A DNA stretch of 64,000 nucleotides from NCBI GenBank assembly GCA_002269645.1, contig NIVC01002381.1, positions 62,001 through 126,000 of the forward strand, read 5' to 3'. How positions within the stretch are numbered: position 1 is the first letter of the stretch; each line of letters starts with the position of its first letter. Source of the stretch: Macrostomum lignano. Taxonomy: Eukaryota. Under the pieces are notes generated by a model. That model had not been told where the DNA came from and did no database searches. It saw nothing but the letters and a program-made list of their open reading frames with translations. Shown here in pieces: positions 1-29,620 of the stretch. A program made the position numbers and the translations under genes.

Positions 1-15
1 AGTCTGGCCGCCACA

Positions 16-30
16 GAGCTCCCCCCCAGC
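16..30 (-). other. Polypurine tract, followed by the start of the 3' LTR (TGTGGCGG..., positions 15 to 1)
   Basis: The minus strand reads GCTGGGGGGGAGCTC then TGT, downstream of the integrase stop at 186. Confidence 0.6.
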
Positions 31-185
31 ACCGAGCTATTCAGCCAAGGCTGCCGGGCTCGGACGGCACTGGCGGGGCGGCAGTACGAGCTAGGCGGCT
101 GGGGCAAGCAGCAGTGCGTTGGGCCGCAGGCGGAAGGTCATCAGCTGAAGAGGCGGGGTCGGCGGCAGAGTGCGCTGGGGGCGGC

Positions 186-3100
186 TCAGAGGGCAGCCGT
201 GGCGGGCAGCCGTGGCGGGCGGCCTCTCGGTCGCAGAGCCGGCGTCGGGACAGGGTCGTCCGCGTCGATGACGGCTGGCTTCAGCCTATCCACTGACACC
301 CGGTTGCGGCGAGTGCCCAGGTCCAGCAGGAAAGCTTTGGCGTCCCGCTCGAGGACCTTGCACGGGCCGTCGTAAGGTCGCTGCAGTGGGGGGCGGTGGC
401 CGTCGCGCCGGATGAAAACGAACTGGCAGGCGTCGAGGGCGGCGGGCCAGGCGGTGGGGCGGCTGCCGTGACGGGACGTCGGCGACGGCCGGAATGCCTG
501 GACGGCACCGCGGAGCCGGGTGAGGAACTGGTCGTGGTCGCCGGCCGGCGGGCTGGGCTGCAGGCACTCGCCGGGCACGCAGAGGGGCGCACCGTAGACC
601 AGCTCGGCTGACGAAACCGGCAGGTCCTCCTTGGGGGCCGTCCGGATGCCGAGCAGCACCCAGGGCAGCTCGCTGACCCAGGCTGGTCCGGCCAGTCGCG
701 CCATGAGGGAGGCCTTCAGCTGTCGGTGGAAACGCTCGACCAGCCCGTTCGCCGTTGTCCGGTATAGCTGCATTTCGAGGAGTCGTGAGACGTTCGACCA
801 CAGCTGCGACGTGAATTGCGAGCCGCGGTCCGATGTGATGTCGCTCGGCACGCCGAACCTGGCGATCCAATGGGCGATGAAGGCTGAAGCGCACGCGGCC
901 GCGGAGGTGTCGGTCATCGGGATCGCCTCCGGCCACCGGGTGAAACGGTCCACGATGGTCAGCAGGTGCGTGAAGCCTTGCGAAGGCGGCAGCGGCCCCA
1001 CCAGGTCGACGTGCACGTGGGCGAAGCGCTGGTCCGGGACGCGGATGTTGCCAACTGGGGCTGACTTCCTTGTTCATGCCGGCCCACACGAACTTAGCGG
1101 CCACGAGGCGCCGCGTGCTGCGGACGGACGGGTGGGCGCGAGGCCGTGGATGGCGTCGAAGAGGGGGCGTCGGAAATTCGGCGGCACCAACGGGCGCGGC
1201 CGGCCCGTGGAGATGTCGCAGAGCAGGGTGACTCCAGGGCTGAGCTGCAGCGGCTCGAGCTGGAGGCTGGCATCGGCCTGGCTGGCCAATCGGCAACCTG
1301 CGCCATGGCCGCGAAATCCACGCCGGGGAGCAGCCGGGGCTGCACCGAAGAGACCTTGCAGCGGGACAGCGCGTCTGCGACCGAGTTGTCCTTGCCCGCC
1401 ACGTGCTGGATGTCCGTGGTGAACTCGGATACGTAGGCCAGGTGGCGCTGCTGCCAGGCGGACCACGGGTCAGACATCTTGGACATGGCGGCGACCAGCG
1501 GCTTGTGGTCTGTGAAAGCGGTGAATGCGCGGTCCTCGAGGAAATAGCGAAAGTGCCCGACCGCCAGGTACAGGGCGAGCAGCTCCCGATCGAAGGCGCT
1601 GTACTTCTGCTCGGGCGGGCAGAGCTGCCGGCTGAAGAAGGCGAGCGGCTGCCAGGCGCTGCCAACCCGCTGCTCGGGCGCCGCGCCGACTGCGGTATCG
1701 GAGGCGTCGACGGTGAGGGCGAGGGGCGCGTCTGGCCGCGGGTGCGCCAGCATGGCGGCGGAGGCCAGCGGCCGCTTTGCCCTGTCGAAAGCGGCGGTCA
1801 GCTCGGGCGTCCACCGGACGAACTTCTCCTTGCCGGCCATGGCCGCATGGATGGGGCGCAGCAGCTGGGCGGCGCGCGGCACGAAGCGGTGGTAGAAATT
1901 CACCATGCCGGCGAACTCCTGCAGGCCCTTGACGGTGGCTGGTGGTGCGAACATGGCGATGGCGTCGACTTTGGTGGGCAGCGGCACGGCTCCCTGGGCG
2001 CTGATCCAGTGGCCGAGGAAGTCGATCTCGCTGCGGCCGAACTCGCACTTGGCCGGGTTGACGATAAGGCCGTTGTCGGCCAGGCGCTGGAACAGCGTCC
2101 GCAGGTGCTCCATGTGCTGCTGCCGGCTTTGGTTAGCGACCAAGAAGTCATCGATGTAGGCGAAGACGAAGTCCAGGTCTTGGAAGACGGAGTCCACCAG
2201 CCGCTGGAAGGCCTGGGCAGCGTTCTTGAGGCCGAACGGCATTCGCAGGAATTCGAAGAGGCCGAACGGGGTAGTGACGGCTGTCTTGGGCACGTCAACT
2301 GTAGCCACAGGCACCTGGTGGCAGCCACGGACGAGATCGATCTTGGAGAAGGCGCGCTGAGAAGTCCTGGATGTGCGGCACGGGGTAGCGGTCGGGCACC
2401 GTGGCGTCGTTGAGCCGCCTGAAATCGCCACAGGGACGCCAGCCGCCCGAGGCCTTTGGCACCATGTGCAGCGGCGAGGACCAAGTTCCGGCGAGGACCA
2501 GGAGCCGGAACTCCTCCTTGGCCACCGCCAGCTTGTCCGGCGGCAGGCGGCGAGGGCGGGCGTGGACCGGCGGGCCCTGCGTCGGGATGTGGTGCTCCAC
2601 CCCGTGTCGTGGCGCAGCCCGCTGGAAACTGGGCTCGGTGAGGGCAGGGAACTCGGCCAACAGCTGGCTGTACGGGTCCTCAGCGGTGGCTGCGGCGAGC
2701 TGCAGTCCGGGCCCCGCGCCGTCCAGCAGGTGCACGCTGGCGAGCGAGCGGGCGTCCAGGAGGCGCCGGTGCGGCAGGTCCACCAGCAGGCCGTGATGCC
2801 GCAGAAAGTCGGCGCCGGTCAGCGGGCGGGAGACCTCGGCTAGTATGAACGGCCAGGAGCAGCGCCGGATGCCGAGGTCCAACGTGAGCTGGCGGTGCCG
2901 AAGGTGCGGATGAGGCTGCCGTTGGCTGCGAAGAGCGGCGGGCCTGGCGAGTGCAGGCGGGCGTCGGAACCGGCGACGGGGAAAATGCTGACCTCGGCGC
3001 CGGTGTCGACCAGGAAACGCCAGCCTGTCTGCACATCCGGGATGAGGAGCAGGCTGCTGCTGTTGCCGGCCGTCGAGCTGTTCACTGACGGCCGGCCTGC

Positions 3101-3797
3101 CCGTTTTCCTGGAAGCTGTACGGGGGCTCGCAGTGGCGGGCCTTCGCACCGAAGCGACGGTGAAAGAAACACAGGCCGTCGTCCGGGCGGTGTTGCCGAA
3201 GCCGGCTCTGTCTGGCGCCCTTGCTGGCCGCAGAGACCGCCGGCTGGGCTTGCTGGACTGGGTCTGCCGCCGGCTGCTGGACGGAGGCCGCGACCAGCTG
3301 CGGCCGGCTGGCCCAGAGCTTGTCCACCTGCTGCGCTGCTGCCCGGGGGTCCGCGAAACTGACGGTTGTCATGGCCATGCGTACCTCCGGTGGCAGCTGT
3401 GGCGGAACAGCTCCTCGAACAGCAGGCAGGGGCGGTGTGGTTCCCCAGCAGGGCGAGCATCTCGTCCATCAGCTCGGACGGCCGCCGGTCGCCGAGGCCG
3501 GACATGCTGAGCAGGCGGCTGGCCCGCTGCTGAGGAGTCAAATCGAAAGTGCTGTTGAGGCGCTCCTTTAGCTGAGCGTACTTGTTCGCATCCGGAAGAT
3601 CCTCCAGAACATCGAACAGGCGCTCTACTCTCCGCTGGTCAAGAGCTGCGACCAGATGGGCGTACTGTATCGTCCTTGAGTGATGCCTCTCAGGGTAAAC
3701 TGAGCTTCGGCCTGGATTAACCAGGCTCGAGGCAGTGAGGCTGGGCCGCCCGAAAAATGGCAGCTTCAGGGACAGCAGAGTCGGTTTGTTGGGCCAT
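186..3797 (-). pseudogene. gag-pol of the Gypsy element, broken by several 1-2 bp indels
   Basis: ATG at 3797. Domains are spread over ORFs 2840-3802, 3082-3378, 2295-3149, 1094-2431, 1074-1466 and 186-1016. Gag motifs SLKLP..WLIQAEAQF..YAHLVAAL are recoverable only by frame switching. Confidence 0.85.
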
Positions 3798-3815
3798 TGC
3801 ACGAAATGGCTGCGT

Positions 3816-3826
3816 AGGGCTCACCA
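3816..3826 (-). other. Primer-binding site (tRNA-Trp-like)
   Basis: Minus strand TGGTGAGCCCT lies 1 nt after the LTR end (...TTCA at 3828). It is close to the TGGTGACCCC tRNA-Trp PBS of CsRn1-type elements. Confidence 0.6.
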
Positions 3827-3827
3827 A

Positions 3828-4020
3828 TGAAGCGCGGCTTGCGAGTTGTAGCTAAAGCGAGCAAAAAGAGCTTGTGATATTTGTTCAGCATAGTTATTTA
3901 TACATAACGAGAATAGGGAGGTGTGAGTCAGATCGAACTGGCTGGCTGGGCAAAACTCCCCAGCAGCCAGACGTGCAGGGGGGTCTGTGTACAGGGTACA
4001 GGCGGGCCCCGCTCTCAGCC
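3828..4020 (-). repeat. 3' part of the 5' LTR
   Basis: Ends in CA next to the PBS. Composition changes abruptly to AT-rich at ~4020. The LTR start seen at 1-15 is absent here. Confidence 0.55.
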
Positions 4021-4800
4021 GTTGAATTTGATTGATTAAAAATTTCTAAGCTTAGCTTAATTTTAAGTTCAAACTAAACTCGAATTAATTCGGTTGAAGA
4101 TTTTAAGCAGTGTCCTTTTTATGTAGGATTTAATAGAGAATGCGGTAGTCGTGCGAAATTTTTGTGAATACCAAAAATATCCACTTTTGTACATGTATGC
4201 AATACACAAACACAAAATATGCAAAAAGATGAAATACTAAGCTGGTAATAATTTGATTAGAACGTGAATTCATTTATACATATGCATAGACAAAACTCTA
4301 AAAATCAGAAATTGCTATCGTACTGAAAGTGGAATAGAAAACATATTTTTATAACTAAAATCATATACCAGCTGTGAGAAAGTATAGTAAAGCGACAAAA
4401 ATATTAGAAAGCCCTTAAAACAGTATTTTTGTGCTCGAACAAAAATCGAGCAAAAATTGCAGAGTAAGACTGAAGAAGAGGCATAGAGATTTTCCTCTGC
4501 ATTTTTTCCTTTTAGAGCAAAATCGGCAGAAAAAGACCTGGTTCTCAAATGTGCAGCAAAATCGGCAATCCGTAATTCCCAGAAACCAGACTAAAGCGTA
4601 ATGTTACTTTACGCGAAAATTTAAAAGGTTTTTTCCTTGCTTCCTCAAATTTCGAAAACTTAATTCTCGTCTCGGCAGCTTGCTCGCACAACCCGGAACA
4701 GGAAACTAGCCGCACGATTAGCGGGAATAAAATTGCGGGAGGGGATTAGCTCATTTGTTAGTTAGTAATTTACGGTTTAAAGCCGTGATCTAAAGTGGTC

Positions 4801-23824
<19,024 letters not shown>

Positions 23825-24864
23825 TCTAAATTTAACTGACAATAATAAATAATAAATTAAATACATATCCGCCGCATACTACTGCTGCTGCGCGAGACTA
23901 CTGCTGAACAAAAATTCTGGCAAAACTTCTGCTAGCGATTTCAATCAATCAATACTGAACTCGGGTTCGCAGTCGGACACACTGATTAGAGCCATTCCTG
24001 TATTGCTACTTGATTTCTTGATCAGAGCTCCCTGCCTGCGCACCCACTAATCACTGCTTTATACACCTCTGCCCCAGCCAGGTGCAATCCGACTTCCTTT
24101 TTGGTCCGTTTTTTTGCTGTCTTCAAGTCTGTCTGATTCGCAATTTTGGTTTTTTTGAGTTTTGTCAGAATTGCAAATTTTATAAATTGATTATTTTGAG
24201 TCAATTCTGTGCAGTAGAACTGTTTTTAACTGATTAGCGCTTTCTTAGCTGAGTGATTCTTCCCCAGTAATCCCCTTCAATTGGTGCTTTGAAATTCATT
24301 TATTCACTGTTTTGTACCTGATTACTATTAGTAATATTTTTATTAATTTGTTACTTTTTCCGCACGGACTGTTTAGTGGACATTTAATAAATAATAATGA
24401 TGATGATAATAGCAACAAATGTTCGCAGGCTCAGGTGCCAATGGAAAAATCGACTCATTCATTTATTATCTGAAAGGTTTCTCCGGCTCTCATCTTGAAG
24501 GTCATGAAGAATTGAACTTTGAGGAAAGCCAGGAAAACGAAAGCCAAAACGAACATTCGCATTTATGACCAAAATTATTAAAGAAAAAATGCGATGTTTG
24601 TTTTTGCTTTCGTTTTCCTGGCTTTCCTCAAACGATGTACCTTACCTTGACTCTGAATTGAACTTTAAAGTGCACAGTCGGTTGGAGTTTTCCTATGGCG
24701 AAACTCTGAAGCCTCTGACAAGTGACGAGAATTGCTTTTGTCAGCCAAAGTTGAGAATTCCCATTTGCCAGCAGTAGATATGGTCTTGCCCATAGACAGG
24801 CAAAAAATGGCCGTCAATCAAATTGATAAATCTGATCTTTACTACATGGAAGTAGATGTTTACC

Positions 24865-26224
24865 GGTTCACTGGTCAGATCGTCATATTCCATTTCGTCA
24901 TATCGGATGACGAAGTGACCAAATATTTTGTTATGCTGGATACTTCGTCATCAACCAATCAGTAAAATGGGGGATGAAAATACCTTTAACGTGGATAACA
25001 ACCATGCACAAAAACTAAACCGGATCAATTGGTATCCTAACTTCGTCATCCACCAATGAGAAAGAAATAGCAAAAAATAGACACCGAGTCTTTTAGATAT
25101 TAAAAAATTTAAAAATATTTTCTTTGCCATGAATTAAAGGATTTTCCACGCAACAGTTTTATACGCACAACGCATATCTTTACAATGCCGGATAAACGTA
25201 GACCGCGAAAGTGCAAGAGACAATTGTGTGCTGCATGCTCAAAAACCGTGCGCAATGATGATGAAGCCATTTCGTGTGACTCATGCAAGAAATTGCAACG
25301 TCGCTGCTGCGGAACAGGTGTGTCGAAAAAAGACTACAATGCTAATAATGCAGGATAAATTCACGTGGATGTGCACTGAGTGCCGGATATCCGAAGCAAA
25401 ATCGCCGCAATCGAATTCGCGATCAGGTCCTGCGTCCGCTCTGGCAGCTGTGCTGCCGAATTGCCACCGACTTTGCCGCCGTCGACTTCGCCGTCAGGTC
25501 CTGCGCTCTCGCAGTCGCCTCCGCTGCCGCCGCCACCGACTTCGCTGCCACCTGCGCCTCATCTGGAAGCAGCACTATCGCCGCCACCTGCGCCTCAGTT
25601 ACTTAAGTATGCATTAATGCCACAACGGTTAGTAACGTCTATGGCTCAGCCAGCTACCATTTTGGATGAGCTGTATTCCTTCCATCTAGAACCCGTCCGC
25701 CATCCTGCGGCTTTTACTGGAAAATCCAATCGAGGGTCCTGAGCCGCAAACCGGTAATTTTCCTGCAGCTGGAATAACCAACGGAGTTTTTGATGAGGAT
25801 CTGCTGGCAAAAGTCATATGAAGTTAAATGAATTCGTGTTTAAGGATTATTTAGCTTTCTATTAAAAAACCTTCCAATTGCAAAACTATCTAATAAAAAT
25901 CCTAAAAAAGCAAAGTCCACGGGGGGTGTGTGTGAGATTTGAGTTAGTGTAAACTATTTTTTGTTTTATTAACTATAAGCTGCGGCAAGCAGAACCGATC
26001 CATCGACAGGTTTTATCAATCGAGATGACAAAATGACTGGGATCATTAGGATTCCAAGTAAATACGTTTAATTGCCACATTAATTCACTTGGAAGTTGAA
26101 ACTAACATGATTGGTGGATGACGAAATGACTCTCTTCAGGTAGTGCATGTTAATTAAGATGACGAAGTGACCCTAGTCGAGGTGAGCACCCCAGACACCT
26201 CAGATGAAGAAATGACTAGGAACC
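24865..26224 (+). mobile_element. Decayed DNA-transposon-like element carrying a frameshifted PHD-finger ORF
   Basis: Imperfect inverted ends GGTTCACTGGTCA / TGACTAGGAACC and multiple inverted GATGACGAARTGAC motifs (16-bp exact inversion TTCGTCATCCACCAAT). The ORF from ATG 25185 reads CAAC..EAISCDSC, then shifts frame to WMCTEC. No TSD was found. Confidence 0.5.
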
Positions 26225-26521
26225 ACCGACTTATATGAGCTAATAATTTAATTTAATAAATTAATAATCGAGGTATCCTTTGTAGTCAAGTTGTTCCTCC
26301 TGAAATTCAGACTGTCGCTCTTTTCATTTCCTTGCTTTTGGCAGTTGGTTACTATACCGACAAACGCCTACATTCCGTTCCTAAAGGCGATGTAAAATTT
26401 AATCGATATTGAGTCTTGACTACGGGCTTCTGACTACAGCGCAGACGCCAAATGTTGCCTGTACCAGCAAGTTGGCTGGTTCGGAACCCCTCCCGAAGGG
26501 TCTTTGACGTGACCGCTCTTT

Positions 26522-27030
26522 TTAAGATACTGAATGAAACTGATTGAAAAACTTTGATGTCAACAAAGCAGGGCATGCAGCTGCCGTCACGTCCTCGAGT
26601 TCGGGCAGGGCTCGCACGAGTCGCACTCGGCCAAAATCGTGCGGTCCTTTTTGACCTCCAGCACTCGGCAGTAGCCTGAGCAGCAGTCCTTGCCGCTCCA
26701 GCACCTGGCAGTAGCCTGAGCAGCAGTCCTTGCCGCTCCAGCACCTGGTGCCGCCTTCTGAGCACGACTTGCTGGATGAGCAGGCCGGTGCCATCTCTAG
26801 CTTTGCAGTGAGGAAAATTGTGTATTTGTATAGATACTTTATATACTTTATATAGAGTCTTTGGGGTTAATGGCCCTCCTGGGTGCGAATGGCTCAGTAT
26901 AACCCACCAGAGCCATGCAATACCTGTACTTGAAAAGAAGTCTCAATTGTCAGTTAATAAATGGCATTGCAAATGCATAAAACAGCTACTCACGCGTAAG
27001 AAGAGTTATGATAATCAAAAAGTTGAACAT
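26522..27030 (-). pseudogene. Knottin-like secreted peptide gene K1, frameshifted by an internal 40-bp tandem duplication
   Basis: Exon 1 is 27030-26994 (MFNFLIIITLLT, phase 1, GTGAGT); exon 2 starts at 26796. Removing the duplication (26667-26706 = 26707-26746) gives ..MAPACSSSKSCSEGGTRCWSGKDCCSGYCRVLEVKKDRTILAECDSCEPCPNSRT*, stop at 26587. Confidence 0.8.
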
Positions 27031-27544
27031 TTGTAATTTAGTGAAGAAGATGGAACTGTGTGCAAAGTGCAGTTGGGTTCGAAGATCGGTGGTACTGAGA
27101 CTACGGACACTTGGCTGCATGATGATGGAGATGGATGGAGAATGATAATTAGGCTTAGTTCTGGCTCAACTGCTGCCATAGACGGTAAAGGCCTGACACA
27201 AATTGAAGAGACAAAGAGAAGGTTCTGTAGCTGCCGGCGGAGACTGTCCCGCCAAGGGCGGGTTTCTTGTCTATGGTAAAAAGTCAAACTTCTCTGTGGC
27301 ACAGTCAACTGCAAGTGCCAGGGGTTCTCAATTCCTCTGCAAGACCTGGTCACTAAAATCTCAAGCTTACATGATGTACTTGCTGCTTGCTTGGAATAGA
27401 ACTGCCCTTTTTACGCAGTTATAGAATTTCTACTGGATACATGTAATTATTGGTCTGAAAGTTGGTAGCGGAAATGAAAGCTTAGCAATCTCTACACACG
27501 GATATATTGCGGCAGAGATCAAAACTGGGTGAAAAGCACAGGCT

Positions 27545-28085
27545 GGGCTGGCGGCAGAGATCAAAGCGGGGCAGCAGGGCACAGGCCGAGTTGCCGGCAG
27601 AGATCAAAGCGGGGCAGCAGGGCACAGGCCGAGTTGGCGGCAGAGATCAAAGCGGGGCAGCAGGGCACAGGCCGAGTTGCCGGCAGAGATCAAAGCGGGG
27701 CAGCAGGGCACAGGCCGAGTTGGCGGCAGAGATCAAAGCGGGGCAGCAGGGCACAGGCCGAGTTGGCGGCAGAGATCAAAGCGGGGCAGCAGGGCACAGG
27801 CCGAGTTGGCGGCAGAGATCAAAGCGGGGCAGCAGGGCACAGGCCGAGTTGGCGGCAGAGATCAAAGCGGGGCAGCAGGGCACAGGCCGAGTTGGCGGCA
27901 GAGATCAAAGCGGGGCAGCAGGGCACAGGCCGAGTTGGCGGCAGAGATCAAAGCGGGGCAGCAGGGCACAGGCCGAGTTGGCGGCAGAGATCAAAGCGGG
28001 GCAGCAGGGCACAGGCCGAGTTGGCGGCAGAGATCAAAGCGGGGCAGCAGGGCACAGGCCGAGTTGGCGGCAGAGATCAGAGCGG
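27545..28085. repeat. 43-bp minisatellite (~12 copies) directly 3' of the K2 stop
   Basis: Unit GCGGCAGAGATCAAAGCGGGGCAGCAGGGCACAGGCCGAGTTG. Confidence 0.95.
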
Positions 28086-28103
28086 AGCAGCAGGCACAGC
28101 AGC

Positions 28104-28428
28104 TCAGGTGCACTCTGCAGTGAACGTCAAGTTCGGCCAGGCCTTGAGCACTCTGCAGTAGTGTGAGCAGCAGTCTTTGCCCGACCAGCAGCTCACTCCG
28201 TTGACCAGACATGGCTCTGTGGCGGGGCAGGCGACTGATGATCTCAAGTCTGCAACAAATTGAGCGGGTAACGGACTGCTCTTTGTTCATTCTAGTCTTG
28301 GTTTTAATTAGGAAATAAAATCGTTATTTACAGTTGATATTAGTCGATAGACTGCCTGAAAACTCACAGATTAGCAGTAAAATGAAGAAAGCAAGCAGAA
28401 GTGACTTCACGGACTGGTGTATTTTCAT
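28104..28428 (-). CDS. Knottin-like secreted peptide K2, 68 aa, 2 exons
   Basis: Exon 1 28428-28368 (GTGAGT donor), exon 2 28249-28104 (TTGCAG acceptor). Protein: MKIHQSVKSLLLAFFILLLIYLRSSVA-CPATEPCLVNGVSCWSGKDCCSHYCRVLKAWPNLTFTAECT*. Confidence 0.88.
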
Positions 28429-28687
28429 GGCTGCGTGATCAAGTTGGCAAACCTGCAAACTGACTTCTTGTGGTGGTCGCTCAAGTGAAGGTGGGTGCCA
28501 AAGCGCATGGCACCGAGAAGTAAATAAAAGTCCTTGTCTTGAAATTGTCTGTGGCTGAAAACCTGTTTCTTGTAAAAGAACAAGACTCTGCTTTTACAAA
28601 TCAAAGAGACCATTCTAAATCAGAATTTATTGCAAAAATTTTATATACCGGTATTTAAAGCAGAAATTTTCAGTGGAAAGAAACCAT

Positions 28688-29462
28688 ATGTCTGGCTGGC
28701 TTATGTTACTCCTGCTGGGCCTCTCCGTCAGCAGCCAACTGATTACATGTGAGTCAGGGAGTTTTCAATGTCAGCGTTGCGCGCCATCATTGTGTTATGA
28801 ACTTTCATGTTCTGAATTCGTGTTCTGAATTTATGTGTCCTGAATCTGTGTTCTGAATTCGTGTTCTGAATTTGTGTCTTCAATCTGTGTTCTGAATTCG
28901 TGTTCTGAATTTGTGTTCAATCTGTGTTCTGAATTCGTGTTCTGAATTTATGTTCTGAATTCGTGTTCTGAATGATCTTGTTCTGAATTCGTGTTCTGAA
29001 TTCGTGTTCTGAATTCGTGTTCTGAATTCGTGTTCTGAATTCGTGTTCTGAATTCGTGTTCTGAATTCGTGTTCTGAATTCGTGTTCTGAATTCGTGTTC
29101 TGAATTCGTGTTCTGAATTCGTGTTCTGAATTCGTGTTCTGAATTCGTGTTCTGAATTCGTGTTCTGAATTCGTGTTCTGAATTAGTGTTCTGAATTAGT
29201 GTTCTGAATTAGTGTTCTGAATTAGTGTTCTGAATTAGTGTTCTGAATTAGTGTTCTGAATTTGTGTTCTGAATTCGTGTTCACGAAGCTTCTTTCCTCC
29301 AATCCAGCAGCGCAGGCCTGCAAGTGCCCCAGGGACCACCGCGGCTGCACCCTGAAGCAGGACGGCCAGGTGTGCGGCCGCGGCAGCGAGTGCTGCTCCC
29401 GATGGTGCCGGCTGAGCTCGGTCGCGTCCGGCATTAACAGGCGAGTCTGCGCGTCCTGCTGA
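28688..29462 (+). CDS. Knottin-like secreted peptide K3, 71 aa, 2 exons
   Basis: Exon 1 28688-28748 (GTGAGT), exon 2 29308-29462 (TCCAG acceptor). Protein: MSGWLMLLLLGLSVSSQLITSAQA-CKCPRDHRGCTLKQDGQVCGRGSECCSRWCRLSSVASGINRRVCASC*. Confidence 0.88.
28806..29281. repeat. 13-bp minisatellite filling the K3 intron (copy at ~37696-38250)
   Basis: Unit GAATTCGTGTTCT, with variant GAATTAGTGTTCT in a 3' block. Confidence 0.95.
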
Positions 29463-29620
29463 TGAAGCTGAGCTGGCACCAGGCTCCCGCGGCCTCATCG
29501 CTTGGGGGGAAGAAACCGCATCACTAGTGCATGCATGTATTGTAATAAGTTCACTGTTTTATACTCTGTTCATTTTAAATACACAAGTTACCGCAACAAA
29601 TCAGTACATTTTAGTACAGT

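Larger units (their letters stand above)
1..4020 (-). mobile_element. Ty3/Gypsy LTR retrotransposon, CsRn1-like lineage, frameshifted, with apparently truncated 5' LTR
   Basis: Minus-strand order gag, protease ([10 protein letters not shown]), RT (AYIDDFLV), RNase H (VDAS, ELLALY), integrase (HVDLVGPLP, ERFHRQLK, RPYDGPCKV GPY-like motif). Gag knuckle [18 protein letters not shown] resembles the CX2HX9CX3C motif of the CsRn1 clade. PBS and PPT are present. Confidence 0.95.

Noticed and set aside
114-3571. Many overlapping ORFs antisense to or out of frame with the Gypsy element, and similar ones over clathrin, zinc-finger and UBXN1 exons
   Set aside because: These are shadow ORFs of GC-rich coding sequence with no independent motifs.
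4600-4800. GCGGGA / CGCGAAA E2F-like sites in the clathrin promoter
   Set aside because: These short motifs are expected by chance and the TSS is unknown.
27507-28166. Plus-strand repetitive ORFs in all three frames
   Set aside because: The 43-bp unit lacks stops by chance. The coherent gene here is K2 on the minus strand.
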